Assembly (NCBI GenBank): GCA_963771415.1
Contig: CAVYTI010000011.1
Span: forward strand, 303,501 to 367,500
Source: an uncultured Acidobacteriota bacterium
GTDB taxonomy: Bacteria; Acidobacteriota; Vicinamibacteria; Vicinamibacterales; 2-12-FULL-66-21
Length of the DNA stretch: 64,000 nucleotides
Direction of reading: 5' to 3'
Shown here: positions 47,558 to 56,994 of the stretch, in pieces
Position numbering within the stretch: position 1 is the stretch's first letter
Layout of the letters: each line of letters starts with the position of its first letter
Program-made: the position numbers and the translations under genes
The notes under the pieces: model-generated
What the model was told of the DNA's origin: nothing
Databases searched by the model: none
What the model saw: the letters and a program-made list of their open reading frames with translations, nothing else

Positions 47558-49267
47558 TCCGACTCACGCCAGCGATCGTGGCGATGGCCAGCTGGCTCAT
47601 GCTGGGCACGCAGCCGCCCGCTATCGGCACGCGGGCCGCCGCAGGTCTGCGGCTGATCGACGTCACCGCCTCCGCCGGTCTGGCCTTCGAGCACTTCACT
47701 GGAGCGTTCGGCCGAAAATACCTCCCCGAAACGCTGGGATCCGGCGTTGTCGTGTTCGATGCCGATGGCGACGGCTTCGAAGATCTGTTGCTGCTGAACG
47801 GCACGGCATGGCCCGGACAGGCCCGACAAACAGCCGCCACCGCGCGGCTGTATCGGAACAAGGGGGGCGGCGCGTTCGAAGACATCACCACCGGCTCGGG
47901 TCTCGCGGTGCCGGTGTACGGCATGGGCGCGGCGGCGGCGGACTTCGACAACGACGGACGCGAGGATCTGATCATCACCGCCGTCGGGCAGAATCGCCTC
48001 TTCAGGAATGTCGGCGGCGGCAAGTTCGTCGACGTCACCGAACAGGCTGGACTGGGCGGACGGACCGGGTTCAGCACGTCCGCGCTGTGGTTCGACTACG
48101 ACCGCGACGGCTACCTGGACCTCCTGATCTGCAACTACGTGAAATGGACGCCTGAGACCGATGTCTTCTGCAGTGCGGACGGAAAGAACAAGTCCTACTG
48201 CACTCCCGAAGCGTATCCGGGCACGACAACCTGGCTGTTCCGCAACCGCCGCAATGGAACATTCGAGGACGTGACCGCGGCGGCCGGTCTCTTCGACCCG
48301 ACGTCGAAGGCGCTCGGCGTCACGATGCTCGATTACGACATGGACGGCTGGCCGGATCTGTTCGTCGCCAACGACACCCAGCCGAACAAGCTCTATCGCA
48401 ACCAGCACAACGGCACGTTCGCAGAGGTTGGCGTCCAGGCGGGCCTGGCGTTCTCCGACGACGGACGGGCACGAGCCGGCATGGGGACCGACGCGGCCGA
48501 CCTGGATAACAGCGGCGTCACGTCGGTGGCGGTGACGAACTTCTCCGGCGAGATGCTGGGACTCTACATGCCGGTCGGCAAGGGGGTCTACGCCGACAGG
48601 GCACCGGCGTCCGAGATTGGACGGTCGAGCCGGTTGACGCTGGGCTTCGGCTGCTTCTTCTTCGACGCGGATCTCGACGGCCTGCTCGACCTGCTCGTCG
48701 TCAACGGCCACATCGACGACAGCGTGTCCGGCATCGGCCGCGTGCACTATGCCGAGCCGCCGCATCTCTTCCACAACCAGGGCGGCGGACGATTCGTCGA
48801 CATCGCGCGGGAGATCGGCAACGACTTCGCGACCCCGAAAGTGGCGCGCGGCGCGGCATTCGGGGATTTCGATCTCGACGGCGATCTCGACGTGGTCATC
48901 ACGACCAACGGCGGGTCGGCCCCACCTCTATCGGAACGATCTGGCGTCCTCGAACCGCAGCGTCCGGATCACGGTACAGGGGACGAAATCCAATCGTGAT
49001 GGGATCGGCGCGCGGGTGCGCGCGCGCATCGGATCAACGTGGCAGTCGCGGCTGGTCCGGACGGGATCGAGCTACCTGTCCCAGTCCGAGCTACCGCTGA
49101 CGTTCGGCGTCGGAGACCGCGATGGCCTCGACGAGCTGACGATCGAATGGCCCGGCGGTCCGCCCCAGAAGATCGGCGCGCTTCGAGCCGGGCACGCCTA
49201 CACAGTCACGGAGGGCAAAGGGGTGACGGCGGACCGTCCGCTGGCGGCACAGCACGCCGCAAAGTAG
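47554..49267 (+). pseudogene. FG-GAP/VCBS-repeat + ASPIC/UnbV (CRTAC1-like) secreted protein, one +1 frameshift near 48916
   Basis: GTG 47554 overlaps the regulator stop (GTGA). It has repeated FDADGDGFEDLLL, DFDNDGREDLIIT, DYDRDGYLDLLIC, DYDMDGWPDLFVAN and FDLDGDLDVVITTNGG. After the shift the sequence continues RPHLYRNDL...NRDGIGARVRA...RLVRTGSSYLSQSELPLTFGVG, which is the UnbV_ASPIC domain. Confidence 0.8.
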
Positions 49268-49313
49268 CGAACCGGTTTCGGCTCACACCGGCGCGGCCCA
49301 GCACGATGTGGCG

Positions 49314-49544
49314 TCAGGCCTGACGCTTTGCTGGGCCATCGGACGAGCGGCCGAAGGTGCCGTCGTCAAGCTGCTGAAGGAATCCCTCCTTTTGCAGAGC
49401 CTTGAGTACATCCGTGCAGGTGCGGTCGTCGAGCCCCCACAGACGCTTGGCCTGACCCTGCGTTAAACGCAATCCTGGCATTTCGAGAAACTCTCCGCAG
49501 ATCCGGTCGAGAATCTGAGTGGGCGGATGCCCCATGTGAGCCAC
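49314..49544 (-). CDS. Small (76-aa) putative winged-helix DNA-binding protein
   Basis: GTG 49544 is 7 nt after AGGAGG. LRLTQGQAKRLWGLDDRTCTDVLKALQKEGFLQQLDDGTF looks like an HTH followed by a wing. The family was not identified. Confidence 0.55.
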   Translation of the reverse strand: MAHMGHPPTQILDRICGEFLEMPGLRLTQGQAKRLWGLDDRTCTDVLKALQKEGFLQQLDDGTFGRSSDGPAKRQA

Positions 49545-49859
49545 GTTGAGACCTCCTGGTGAGATGCGTCCGAGCGTCCGGATCGCTCTCGAGAAACTGA
49601 AGCTCGATCGGAGGTTGACCAGCGACGGGCGGCAGAACTCAGTCGCCTCTTCTAAAGTAAGCCTCTTAGCGGAATTGTCAACAGTTGATTCGGGTGATCG
49701 TTAACTGGGCGCTCGGGCCGGCCATCGCCAGTTTCTGGTCGAAGGCATGTCCTGCCCCTAGCGACAGATGTAGTCGTGATGCTCGATCAGCAGAGCCGTC
49801 GTCTTTGCCCTCGCGGCATGCCTCGGGCGCCGTGGTGGGGGAGTCGTGCGACAGCGTCG

Positions 49860-50210
49860 CTACTCCACGCGCAGCGTGGCCTTCATCGTAGTGGGATGGA
49901 AGGAGCAGAGATAGGCGAACTCACCCTGGGTCTTTGTCGTGAACGTCCAGGACTGCTCGGGCTGAATTGCCGTCGAGTCGAAGTTGTTCGCGGAGGTCGC
50001 CGTGTGTGGAAACGGATCCTTGTTCACCCACGTGACCTTGTCTCCGGCACGCACCGCGAGGACCTCGGGTTCGAAGTGACTGCCCTCGATCACGACGGTG
50101 TGTGTCGTCGGTTCGCGTAAAGGAGCGACGGTGCCGGCTCCCACGATCGACAGGAGGACCAGCACCGCCGCCGCGACGAACGACCGGGGAATGACCGAAG
50201 GCTTCACCAT
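49860..50210 (-). CDS. Cupredoxin (plastocyanin/amicyanin-like type-1 copper protein)
   Basis: 116 aa with a signal peptide. The ligand pattern is PFPHT...YLCSFHPTTM (His...Cys-x2-His-x4-Met). Confidence 0.85.
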   Translation of the reverse strand: MVKPSVIPRSFVAAAVLVLLSIVGAGTVAPLREPTTHTVVIEGSHFEPEVLAVRAGDKVTWVNKDPFPHTATSANNFDSTAIQPEQSWTFTTKTQGEFAYLCSFHPTTMKATLRVE

Positions 50211-50214
50211 CTGC

Positions 50215-50742
50215 CTAGCTCTTGCCGAGCGACGCCTGCAGCATTTTCGCGTGCTCGAGATGAGCGACGAAGGCAGGCCGCACCTTCACCAGCAGCGCCT
50301 TCAACTCGGCGTTCTGCGCGCTCGGAATCAGCGTCTTGTCGACGGCGTCGAGCACCTGCTGGTGATAGGCAACCTCGTGGTCGATGTACGCCTTGTCGAA
50401 CGCGGCGCCCTTCAGCGTCTTCAGGTTGCTGACGTTCTGCTCGCCGCCGGACTTCAAGCTCTGGCTGGTCGGATTGTCTTCCGGCGTCACGTTCAGCTTG
50501 GTCACCAACGCCACCGCCGACTTGTTCACGCCGGTGTGATCGGTGACCATCAGGTCGGCAAACTTCTTCACTTCGGCGTTCGACGAGGTGGACTTGGCGA
50601 CCTTTGCTGCGTCGATGTCGACCTGGTTCGCGGTGACCACAATGGAAGCGATCTGCGCATCGTTGACGCCCTGTGCGAATGCAGACGCGGCGGCCAGCAG
50701 CAGCGACCCTGCGACGAGCATGGTAGTACGTTTCATGGACAC
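50215..50742 (-). CDS. DUF4142-domain periplasmic protein
   Basis: 175 aa with a signal peptide. NDAQIASIVVTANQVDIDAAKVA...FADLMVTDHTGVN...FDKAYIDHEVAYHQQVLDAVD. Confidence 0.85.
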   Translation of the reverse strand: MSMKRTTMLVAGSLLLAAASAFAQGVNDAQIASIVVTANQVDIDAAKVAKSTSSNAEVKKFADLMVTDHTGVNKSAVALVTKLNVTPEDNPTSQSLKSGGEQNVSNLKTLKGAAFDKAYIDHEVAYHQQVLDAVDKTLIPSAQNAELKALLVKVRPAFVAHLEHAKMLQASLGKS

Positions 50743-50859
50743 TCCTCCCTCTCGGGCTGTGGGGTTAATGGACTTTGCATCTCTGCAACAACACCCTCTC
50801 TACGGCGTCGTTGTGTAATTGGATGTGCCCGGGGTCCCGGGCGTTCCCGACAGGATGGG

Positions 50860-51558
50860 CTAGGCGGGCTGTGGACCGTTCGGTGTCTCGGTCGCGACGC
50901 GGCTGAGCACCCGATCGACGATTCGGTCGCAGCGTTCGCCGGCGAACCCGAAGATGTCGACCGTGACGGAATCGAGGTCGCGCTCCAGGGCTTCACGTAA
51001 CATCGTCCTGGCACGGAACAGCCGAGTACGCACGGTGGCGGGCGGCAGCGCCAGACAGTCGGCGGTCTCCTGCACCGTCATGTCCTCGACCTCTCGCATC
51101 ACGAACACCGTACGGAAGGCGACGGGCAGCTCGTCGATTCGGCGCTCGAGAATCTGGCGAATCTCGCCGCGGAGCGTGGCGCTGGACGGCGATTCCGATA
51201 TGCGGTCAGCGACCTCATCGTCGCCGCCGGCCGTCTGATCGCTGTCGAAGGGAACGACCACGCGGTCGCGCTTCTGTTTGCGCAGTCGCATCAACGCCTG
51301 GTTGATCGTGATACGCGTCAGCCACGTGCCGAGCTGGGCATCGGCGCGGTAGTCGCCAATGTGGCGATAGGCACGGATGTAGGCGTCCTGCAGCGCGTCC
51401 TCGGCTTCGGAGTCGTCCTTCAGAATCGCCCGCGCAATCCGGAACAGCCGTCCGTTATATCGCCGCATCAGCGTCTCGAAGGCGCCGTGATCGCCGCGGG
51501 CTGTTGCCGTGGCCAGGTCGAGGTCGGCGGCGGTGGACGCGTTGCGGCTGGGGCTCAC
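50860..51558 (-). CDS. ECF sigma factor with short conserved C-terminal tail
   Basis: GTG 51558 is 6 nt after GAGGAG, which I prefer to the track start at 51633. Region 2 reads EAEDALQDAYIRAYRHIGDYRADAQLGTWLTRITINQAL. Region 4 reads DMTVQETADCLALPPATVRTRLFRARTMLR. The tail is FGFAGERCDRIVDRVLSRV. Confidence 0.85.
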   Translation of the reverse strand: MSPSRNASTAADLDLATATARGDHGAFETLMRRYNGRLFRIARAILKDDSEAEDALQDAYIRAYRHIGDYRADAQLGTWLTRITINQALMRLRKQKRDRVVVPFDSDQTAGGDDEVADRISESPSSATLRGEIRQILERRIDELPVAFRTVFVMREVEDMTVQETADCLALPPATVRTRLFRARTMLREALERDLDSVTVDIFGFAGERCDRIVDRVLSRVATETPNGPQPA

Positions 51559-51777
51559 GGATGACTCCTCGCTGATTGGATGCACGGAAGCAGGGCCGCG
51601 TTCCCGGGTTTCCTGCCGTCCGCCTTCGCACATCGCTTGCCAGATCCGGACAGACCATTTGCCAGGTCACGGTGTCTAAGTCGTCGGGCATCAATCGGAT
51701 CGAGGCGATCTCCAGCGGGCACGACTGTTGTAAAAAAGAGCGGTTCTTCCGCGTCCTGCTCGTCGAAAGGAACCGAC

Positions 51778-53041
51778 ATGGACCGACGCACGTTCCTGAC
51801 GCTCACCTTGGCCGCCCCCGCCCTCGTCCGCGATCTTCGCATCCACCTTGAAGCCGCGCCGCCGGCCGGCATTCCCTGGACGCAGTGGGGCGGACCGCAT
51901 CGGAATTTCCAGACCGAGGCGACTGGCCTGAAAGACACCTGGCCGACGAGTGGGCCGCGAGTGATCTGGAAAAGGCCGCTGGGGGAAGGATACACGTCGC
52001 CCGCAGTGGAAAGCGGCGATCTTGTACACCGCGTACGGCAAGCCGCGCGAGGAGGTCGTCATCGCCGCGGAGACCGAGACCGGCAAGACGTTGTGGGAAC
52101 GCAGCAACCCGATGCCGTTTCAGAGCGACGCCCCCGAGATGGGAAACGGACCGTACTCGACCCCGCTCGTCGTCGGCGATCGACTGTTCACGACCGGCGT
52201 GGCCGGCCGTCTGCAGTGCCTCGAGAAGAAAACCGGGAAGCCGCTGTGGGTGCAGGAGCTGTGGGCAAGCCATCACGGTTCGAGGCTGATGTACGGCTAC
52301 GCCTCCAGCCCGATTGCCTATCGCGACCTGGTCATCGTCCCGGTCGGTGGACCGGGCAAGGCGCTGATGGCCTTCAAACAAGGCGACGGATCCGTCGCGT
52401 GGAGCAAGAACGATTTCGGCAACGTCTACTCGTCGCCAATTCTCATCAACGTCGGCGGACTCGATCAGCTGGTCGCGCTCCTCGACGGTGCGGTGATCGG
52501 GGTGAATCCGTTGAACGGCGACCTGCAGTGGCAGGTGCCGTTCAAGGCGGACTACTCGATCGCGGTGGCGACGCCGGTCTGGGGTCCGGACAACCTGTTG
52601 TTCGTCTCGGCGGAGTATGGCGCCGGGTCGAAGATGATTGAGCTGCAGAAAGACGGTCGGCAGACGAAAGCCGTCGAGCTGTGGTCCTCGAACCGCCTTC
52701 GTCTTCATCACGGCAATGCCATGCGCGTAGAAGATGCCATCTACTTCTCGAGCGGGGGCAAGGGCAGCCAGGCGATTCTGAGCGCGGTGGAGGCCCGCAG
52801 CGGCAAGATCCTCTGGCAGCAGCGAAGCATCGAGAAAGCCACCTTCGTCTGGGCCGACCGCAAGCTCATTACCCTCGACCAGGACGGCAACCTGATGATC
52901 GCGCACCCGTCGCGCGAGGGGTTCACGATCACGGCCCGCGCGTCGCTCCTCACCAACCTGTCATGGACGCCGCCGGTCCTCGTCGGGACTCGACTGTACA
53001 TCCGCGATCGGCGCAACCTGATGGCCGTCGACCTCGGCTGA
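51778..53041 (+). pseudogene. PQQ-like/BamB-like beta-propeller protein with Tat-type signal, one +1 frameshift at ~52018
   Basis: ATG 51778 opens MDRRTFLTLTLAAPALV...WKRPLGEGYTSPAVESG | ILYTAYGKPREEVVIAAETETGKTLWE...GRLQCLEKKTGKPLWV...NPLNGDLQWQ...EARSGKILWQ. These are the repeated propeller blades. Confidence 0.8.
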
Positions 53042-53236
53042 CCCATCAGCGGATCGACGTTCCTTTGCCGCCGTCCTGGCTGGTCTCCGGCCAGGCAAGG
53101 CTTTCCGATTGCGAAACAAGATTCAACCTGACGTAACATCGCACCGTCGTTCCGGCGCGCGCGGCGACCTTCGCAGGGGAACGCCTCTTGCTGGCCACTG
53201 CTCGGGCTCAGGATTCACCCGGCATTGCGGGAGTCG

Positions 53237-54331
53237 ATGTTCATGCCCGAACTATCGCCGCGCCCTCACGATCACGGCCCGGCCGCCACCATTGCGGCCA
53301 CCGCGACGGCGGTGCCGGAGCACCTGCTGACCCGCGAAAGCGTCAAGACCTACATGCGGAAGGTGTTCGATCTCGACGGACGCCGCCTCGACGCGATGAT
53401 GACGGTGATCGACAACGCGCAGGTCTCGCAGCGGCATTCCATCTTCCCGGTCGAATACTTCGTCGAGCCTCGTCCGCTCCAACAGACCAGTCTCGAATAT
53501 CAGGAGCACGCCGTCCGTCTCGGCCGCCAGGCAGCCGAGCGATGTCTGGCGGCCGCGGCGATGACCCCCGCCGACGTCGACATGATCATCACCGTGTCGT
53601 GCACCGGCTTCATGATTCCGTCGCTGGACGCGCACCTGATCAACCTGATGGGATTCCGTTCGAACGTCCGGCGCCTCCCGATCACCGAGCTGGGATGCGC
53701 GGCCGGTGCGGTGGCGCTCACCCGCGCCTGGGAATTCGTCCGGGCTTTTCCTGGAAAGACCGCGCTGATCGTGGCGGTCGAACTGGCGACCCTGACGTTC
53801 CAGCGTGGCGATCTGTCGCAGGCCAACCTGATCTCGTGCGTGCTCTTCGGCGACGGCGCGGCCGCAGCGCTCGTCACCGGCCGGGACGCCGCCGGACCGC
53901 GCATCATCGACGCCGATACCTACACCTTCCCCGACTCGCTCGACGCCATGGGGTTCGATCTGCGCGAGAGCGGATTCCACATCGTGCTGTCGAAGGACGT
54001 GCCGCAACTGGTTCGCGATCGTATCAGGCAGCTCGCCGACGGCTTCCTCGCCCGCAGCGGGCTGAGCCGGGCCGACGTCGCGACGTTCCTCCTTCATCCA
54101 GGAGGGCAGAAGCTTCTCTCGTACATGCAGGAGGAGCTCGGGCTCTGTCGCTGCGATACGCAGCTCTCCTGGGACGTGCTCGACCAGTACGGCAATCTCT
54201 CAAGCGCGACCATCCTGTTCATTCTCCACGCGTGTCTGACGACGAAAACGGCGCAGCCGGGTCAATACGGCATCGCGGCGGCATTCGGGCCAGGGTTCAG
54301 CGCCGAGTTCCTCCTGCTCGAATGGCAGTGA
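53237..54331 (+). CDS. Type III polyketide synthase (chalcone/stilbene synthase superfamily)
   Basis: The Cys-His-Asn triad context is IITVSCTGFMIPSLDAHL, FLLHPGGQKLL and YGNLSSATILF. The C-terminus is AAFGPGFSAEFLLLEW. The start is ATG 53237 or 53243. Confidence 0.9.
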   Translation: MFMPELSPRPHDHGPAATIAATATAVPEHLLTRESVKTYMRKVFDLDGRRLDAMMTVIDNAQVSQRHSIFPVEYFVEPRPLQQTSLEYQEHAVRLGRQAAERCLAAAAMTPADVDMIITVSCTGFMIPSLDAHLINLMGFRSNVRRLPITELGCAAGAVALTRAWEFVRAFPGKTALIVAVELATLTFQRGDLSQANLISCVLFGDGAAAALVTGRDAAGPRIIDADTYTFPDSLDAMGFDLRESGFHIVLSKDVPQLVRDRIRQLADGFLARSGLSRADVATFLLHPGGQKLLSYMQEELGLCRCDTQLSWDVLDQYGNLSSATILFILHACLTTKTAQPGQYGIAAAFGPGFSAEFLLLEWQ

Positions 54332-54903
54332 GCGCAGCGGCGTTCATCGGCCTCCTGATTGCGGTGGCGCTCCTCCGCGGCGTCGAGCTCGTGATCTCAC
54401 GTCGCCGGCAGGGCGCGCTGCGGAGCCGCGGCGTGCAGACCGCCGACGATCCGGATTTCGTCTGGATGGTGGCGCTGCACACGAGCATTCTGCTCGGGGC
54501 GGCGCTGGAGGTCGTGCTCCTCCATCGTCCGTTCATCCTCGTGTTGGCGCTCGCGGCGGGAACACTGTTCGTGCTCGCGAACGTGGTGCGCTGGTGGGTC
54601 ATCCTCACCCTCGGCACGCATTGGAATGTCAGGGTCATGGACTCGGCTGGCCTCGGCGTCGTCAGCAACGGTCCGTTCCGTTTCGTGCGACATCCCAACT
54701 ACGCCGCCGTATTCGTCGAGCTCGCGGCGCTTCCCCTGATCCACACCGCATGGCTCACGGCGCTCTTCGGTTCCCTCGCGCATGTCTGGGTGCTCGCCAG
54801 GCGGCTGGCGGTCGAAGAATCAGTCCTCGGCAAACACCCCGACTATCGCCGTACCATGGCGCACAAGCCGCGGTTCGTGCCGCGGGCTGTTCGGCGTGGC
54901 TAG
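54322..54903 (+). CDS. Isoprenylcysteine carboxyl methyltransferase (ICMT)-family membrane methyltransferase
   Basis: ATG 54322 overlaps the PKS stop by 10 nt. Only the last 193 codons of the 571-aa track ORF are credible. It has 4-5 TM segments and GPFRFVRHPNYAAVFVE (RHPxY motif). Confidence 0.85.
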   Translation: MAVSAAAFIGLLIAVALLRGVELVISRRRQGALRSRGVQTADDPDFVWMVALHTSILLGAALEVVLLHRPFILVLALAAGTLFVLANVVRWWVILTLGTHWNVRVMDSAGLGVVSNGPFRFVRHPNYAAVFVELAALPLIHTAWLTALFGSLAHVWVLARRLAVEESVLGKHPDYRRTMAHKPRFVPRAVRRG

Positions 54904-55871
54904 CGGCGTCGATCGCTCGTCATCGCGACCACCCCAAGGCTGACGGCGGCGACGAGCAATGCCCTCAGGCGTCGCACGAGCGCCACGGTGAGCCCAATCG
55001 CGTCGGGTAATCCGAGCGCGCGAAAAATCAGGATATAGGACGCCTCGGACGCGCCAATCTGTCCGGGCACAAACGCGAACACCGTGCCGATGAATTTCGC
55101 CGCCCCTTCGGCGAGGAGCGCGGTCGCAAACGATCGGGGCACGCCCAACACGCTCATGACCAACCAGATTTCGCTCGCCAGCAGCGCCTGACCGACGGCC
55201 TCGATCCCGATGACGGCCGCCAGTCGCGCCGGTCGCCGGTGAAGGAACCCGACCATGACACGCTCGATCGGTTCGACGACGCCAAGAAGCGCGGCCGCGC
55301 GCCGCTGGCCGATCAGCAACCTGCCGATGTGGATCGCCGGCACGATCAGCCCGACGCCGGTGATCGCCGCGGCCACGCATCCGGCGATGAACAGGCTCAT
55401 TCCGGTGATCAGCGCAATCGCCGGCCGGTGCAGAACGGGCGGGAGACGATTCTCGGCGAGCAGAAGAGACAGCGCTGTGACGGCCATCACGGCAGAGACA
55501 AACGAGTAGAGAAGGTACTCGGTCGCAATCGATCCGAAGGCGATACTCGTTTCGAGCCCACGCCGTTTCAGCAGAAATCCCTTTGCCGGTTCAGCCAGGA
55601 TCGGGCCGCTGAAGGTGAGCATCTCGATGGCTTCGCCGGTGAGGCGGACGCGGAGGATGTCCCAGAACGAGCTGTCCCGATCGCTCAGGCAGACGAAGAG
55701 GGCCCTGGCCCGGCAGACCACGTGGCCGGCGTAGAGGACGGCTACGACTATGAACGCCGCTCCGACCCGGCCGAGCAACTCACGGATCGTCGAGACGCCG
55801 GTCCGGCGAATGAGCCAGATCAGCACGGCCGTACCTGCGAGCAGCACCAGGAACCTGAGGGTTCGTGACAC
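54900..55871 (-). CDS. UPF0104 / lysyl-phosphatidylglycerol-synthase-TM-like (flippase-like) membrane protein
   Basis: 323 aa with about 8 TM segments. The N-terminus LRFLVLLAGTAVLIWLIRRTG and FVPGQIGASEASYILIF are typical of the family. Confidence 0.7.
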   Translation of the reverse strand: MSRTLRFLVLLAGTAVLIWLIRRTGVSTIRELLGRVGAAFIVVAVLYAGHVVCRARALFVCLSDRDSSFWDILRVRLTGEAIEMLTFSGPILAEPAKGFLLKRRGLETSIAFGSIATEYLLYSFVSAVMAVTALSLLLAENRLPPVLHRPAIALITGMSLFIAGCVAAAITGVGLIVPAIHIGRLLIGQRRAAALLGVVEPIERVMVGFLHRRPARLAAVIGIEAVGQALLASEIWLVMSVLGVPRSFATALLAEGAAKFIGTVFAFVPGQIGASEASYILIFRALGLPDAIGLTVALVRRLRALLVAAVSLGVVAMTSDRRR

Positions 55872-56006
55872 GTCAGGGATTCCGTGATTTCATGGTGGGC
55901 AGGTTACCCAGTCGGCCGTTCCCAGTCGAGTACGCCAGCGTGGAACGTCCGGGCTATCTCCTTCGTCAGTTGAGATAAGGCTTTGCCTTCAGTGAGGAGA
56001 GGTTCG

Positions 56007-56294
56007 ATGACTGACAAGACCGTGTGGGAATCGATAAAGGCGGAAGGGGCGACGGCGCTCGAACGACTCAAGCAGCTCATTCATGAGGGCAACGTGCGCC
56101 GGGTGGTGGTGAAACAGGGCTCACGCACGGTTGCGGAGTTCCCCTTGACCGCCGGAGTGGTCGGGGCAGTCCTGGCACCGGTTCTCGCTGCGATCGGCGC
56201 GCTCGTCGCCCTGCTGAAGGATTGTTCGATAGAAGTAGAGCGCACGCAGGAAGAGATCGTGAAAGTCGAGCCACGAAATGCCGCGAGCGCGTGA
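56007..56294 (+). CDS. DUF4342-domain protein
   Basis: ATG 56007 follows GAGGAGAGG. LKQLIHEGNVRRVVVKQGSRTVAEFPLTAGVVGAVLAPVLAAIGALVALLKDCSIEVER. Confidence 0.75.
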   Translation: MTDKTVWESIKAEGATALERLKQLIHEGNVRRVVVKQGSRTVAEFPLTAGVVGAVLAPVLAAIGALVALLKDCSIEVERTQEEIVKVEPRNAASA

Positions 56295-56307
56295 CAGGAA
56301 AGGATTC

Positions 56308-56433
56308 GGTGGCGGCCAGTAGACAGCAGGTCCGGAGGTGTCGCCAACCCAGCGCTGCGAGCTGGGGGAGCTGTTCCGGCCCGGAGGTGGCCAGAACGCC
56401 ACGCTTGGCGCCTGCTGTCTACTCTCCGCCACC
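56308..56433. repeat. 126-bp structured element: 23-nt inverted-repeat arms (21/23 complementary) enclosing internal hairpin and direct repeats
   Basis: Arm 1 is GGTGGCGGCCAGTAGACAGCAGG (56308-56330). Arm 2 is CCTGCTGTCTACTCTCCGCCACC (56411-56433). Inside are CCCAGC-N7-GCTGGG and CCGGAGGTG twice. A second 13-bp-stem hairpin lies at 56443-56475. Confidence 0.6.
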
Positions 56434-56595
56434 GGCGCGGAAGAACGCACTCAGATCGAATCTGAGAACGCGTTCATGAATAGAGCAACCCCCGTACCTG
56501 AACCGCGGAGATTCGCACTCACGAATTCTCTGGCGAATTCACGAAGTCAGCTTTTTCTCGACCAGCCTCCGTCAGCCAACCCCTTGGCCACCGGC

Positions 56596-56633
56596 CAAAA
56601 AGTTAGCCGGTCAGGCGAAACGCCTGAACCGGC
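56596..56633 (-). terminator. Candidate intrinsic terminator of the micro-protein gene (GCCGGUUCAGGCG-UUU-CGCCUGACCGGC then UAACUUUUU)
   Basis: Read on the minus strand, 13 nt after the stop at 56646. The stem is 12 bp with one bulge and is followed by a run of five T. Confidence 0.5.
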
Positions 56634-56645
56634 ACTCTGCTTCCG

Positions 56646-56795
56646 CTAGACCGTTCGTCGTCCGCTGACCAGCCCAACCACGAAGAGCACGAGGGCGATC
56701 ACCAGCAGGACGTAAATGAAGTTCCCTAGCGTATAGCCGCTCACCAGCCCGAGCAGCCACAGCACGAGCAGAATCACCGCAATCGTGAACAACAT
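56646..56795 (-). CDS. Lmo0937-family (DUF5670-like) 49-aa two-TM membrane micro-protein
   Basis: My translation is MLFTIAVILLVLWLLGLVSGYTLGNFIYVLLVIALVLFVVGLVSGRRTV. ATG 56795 follows GGAGGA. It is below the ORF-track cut-off. Confidence 0.75.
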   Translation of the reverse strand: MLFTIAVILLVLWLLGLVSGYTLGNFIYVLLVIALVLFVVGLVSGRRTV

Positions 56796-56994
56796 CTGTT
56801 CCTCCTGCCCTCATACAGAGCACAGGGTGTGCCGTCCGAAATCGCACCGTTTTCTCTGCCATGCGAGCCCCGGCGACGTCATGTGAGCAGCCGGCTACTC
56901 ACAGAGACCCTCGGCCTGCCGCTCGACGGCTTGCTGTGCTTGGGCACATCACATTACGATTCACGATCGTCCCAAGCTGAGGAGTGATACCCAC

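Noticed and set aside
46726-48999. 757-aa track ORF treated as one gene
   Set aside because: The first ~276 codons run out of frame through the histidine-kinase end and the NarL-type regulator. The real gene starts at GTG 47554 (GTGA overlap) and continues past a frameshift to 49267.
53188-54903. 571-aa track ORF overlapping the type III PKS
   Set aside because: The first ~378 codons are an out-of-frame reading of the PKS gene. Only the last 193 codons (from ATG 54322) encode the ICMT-like membrane protein.
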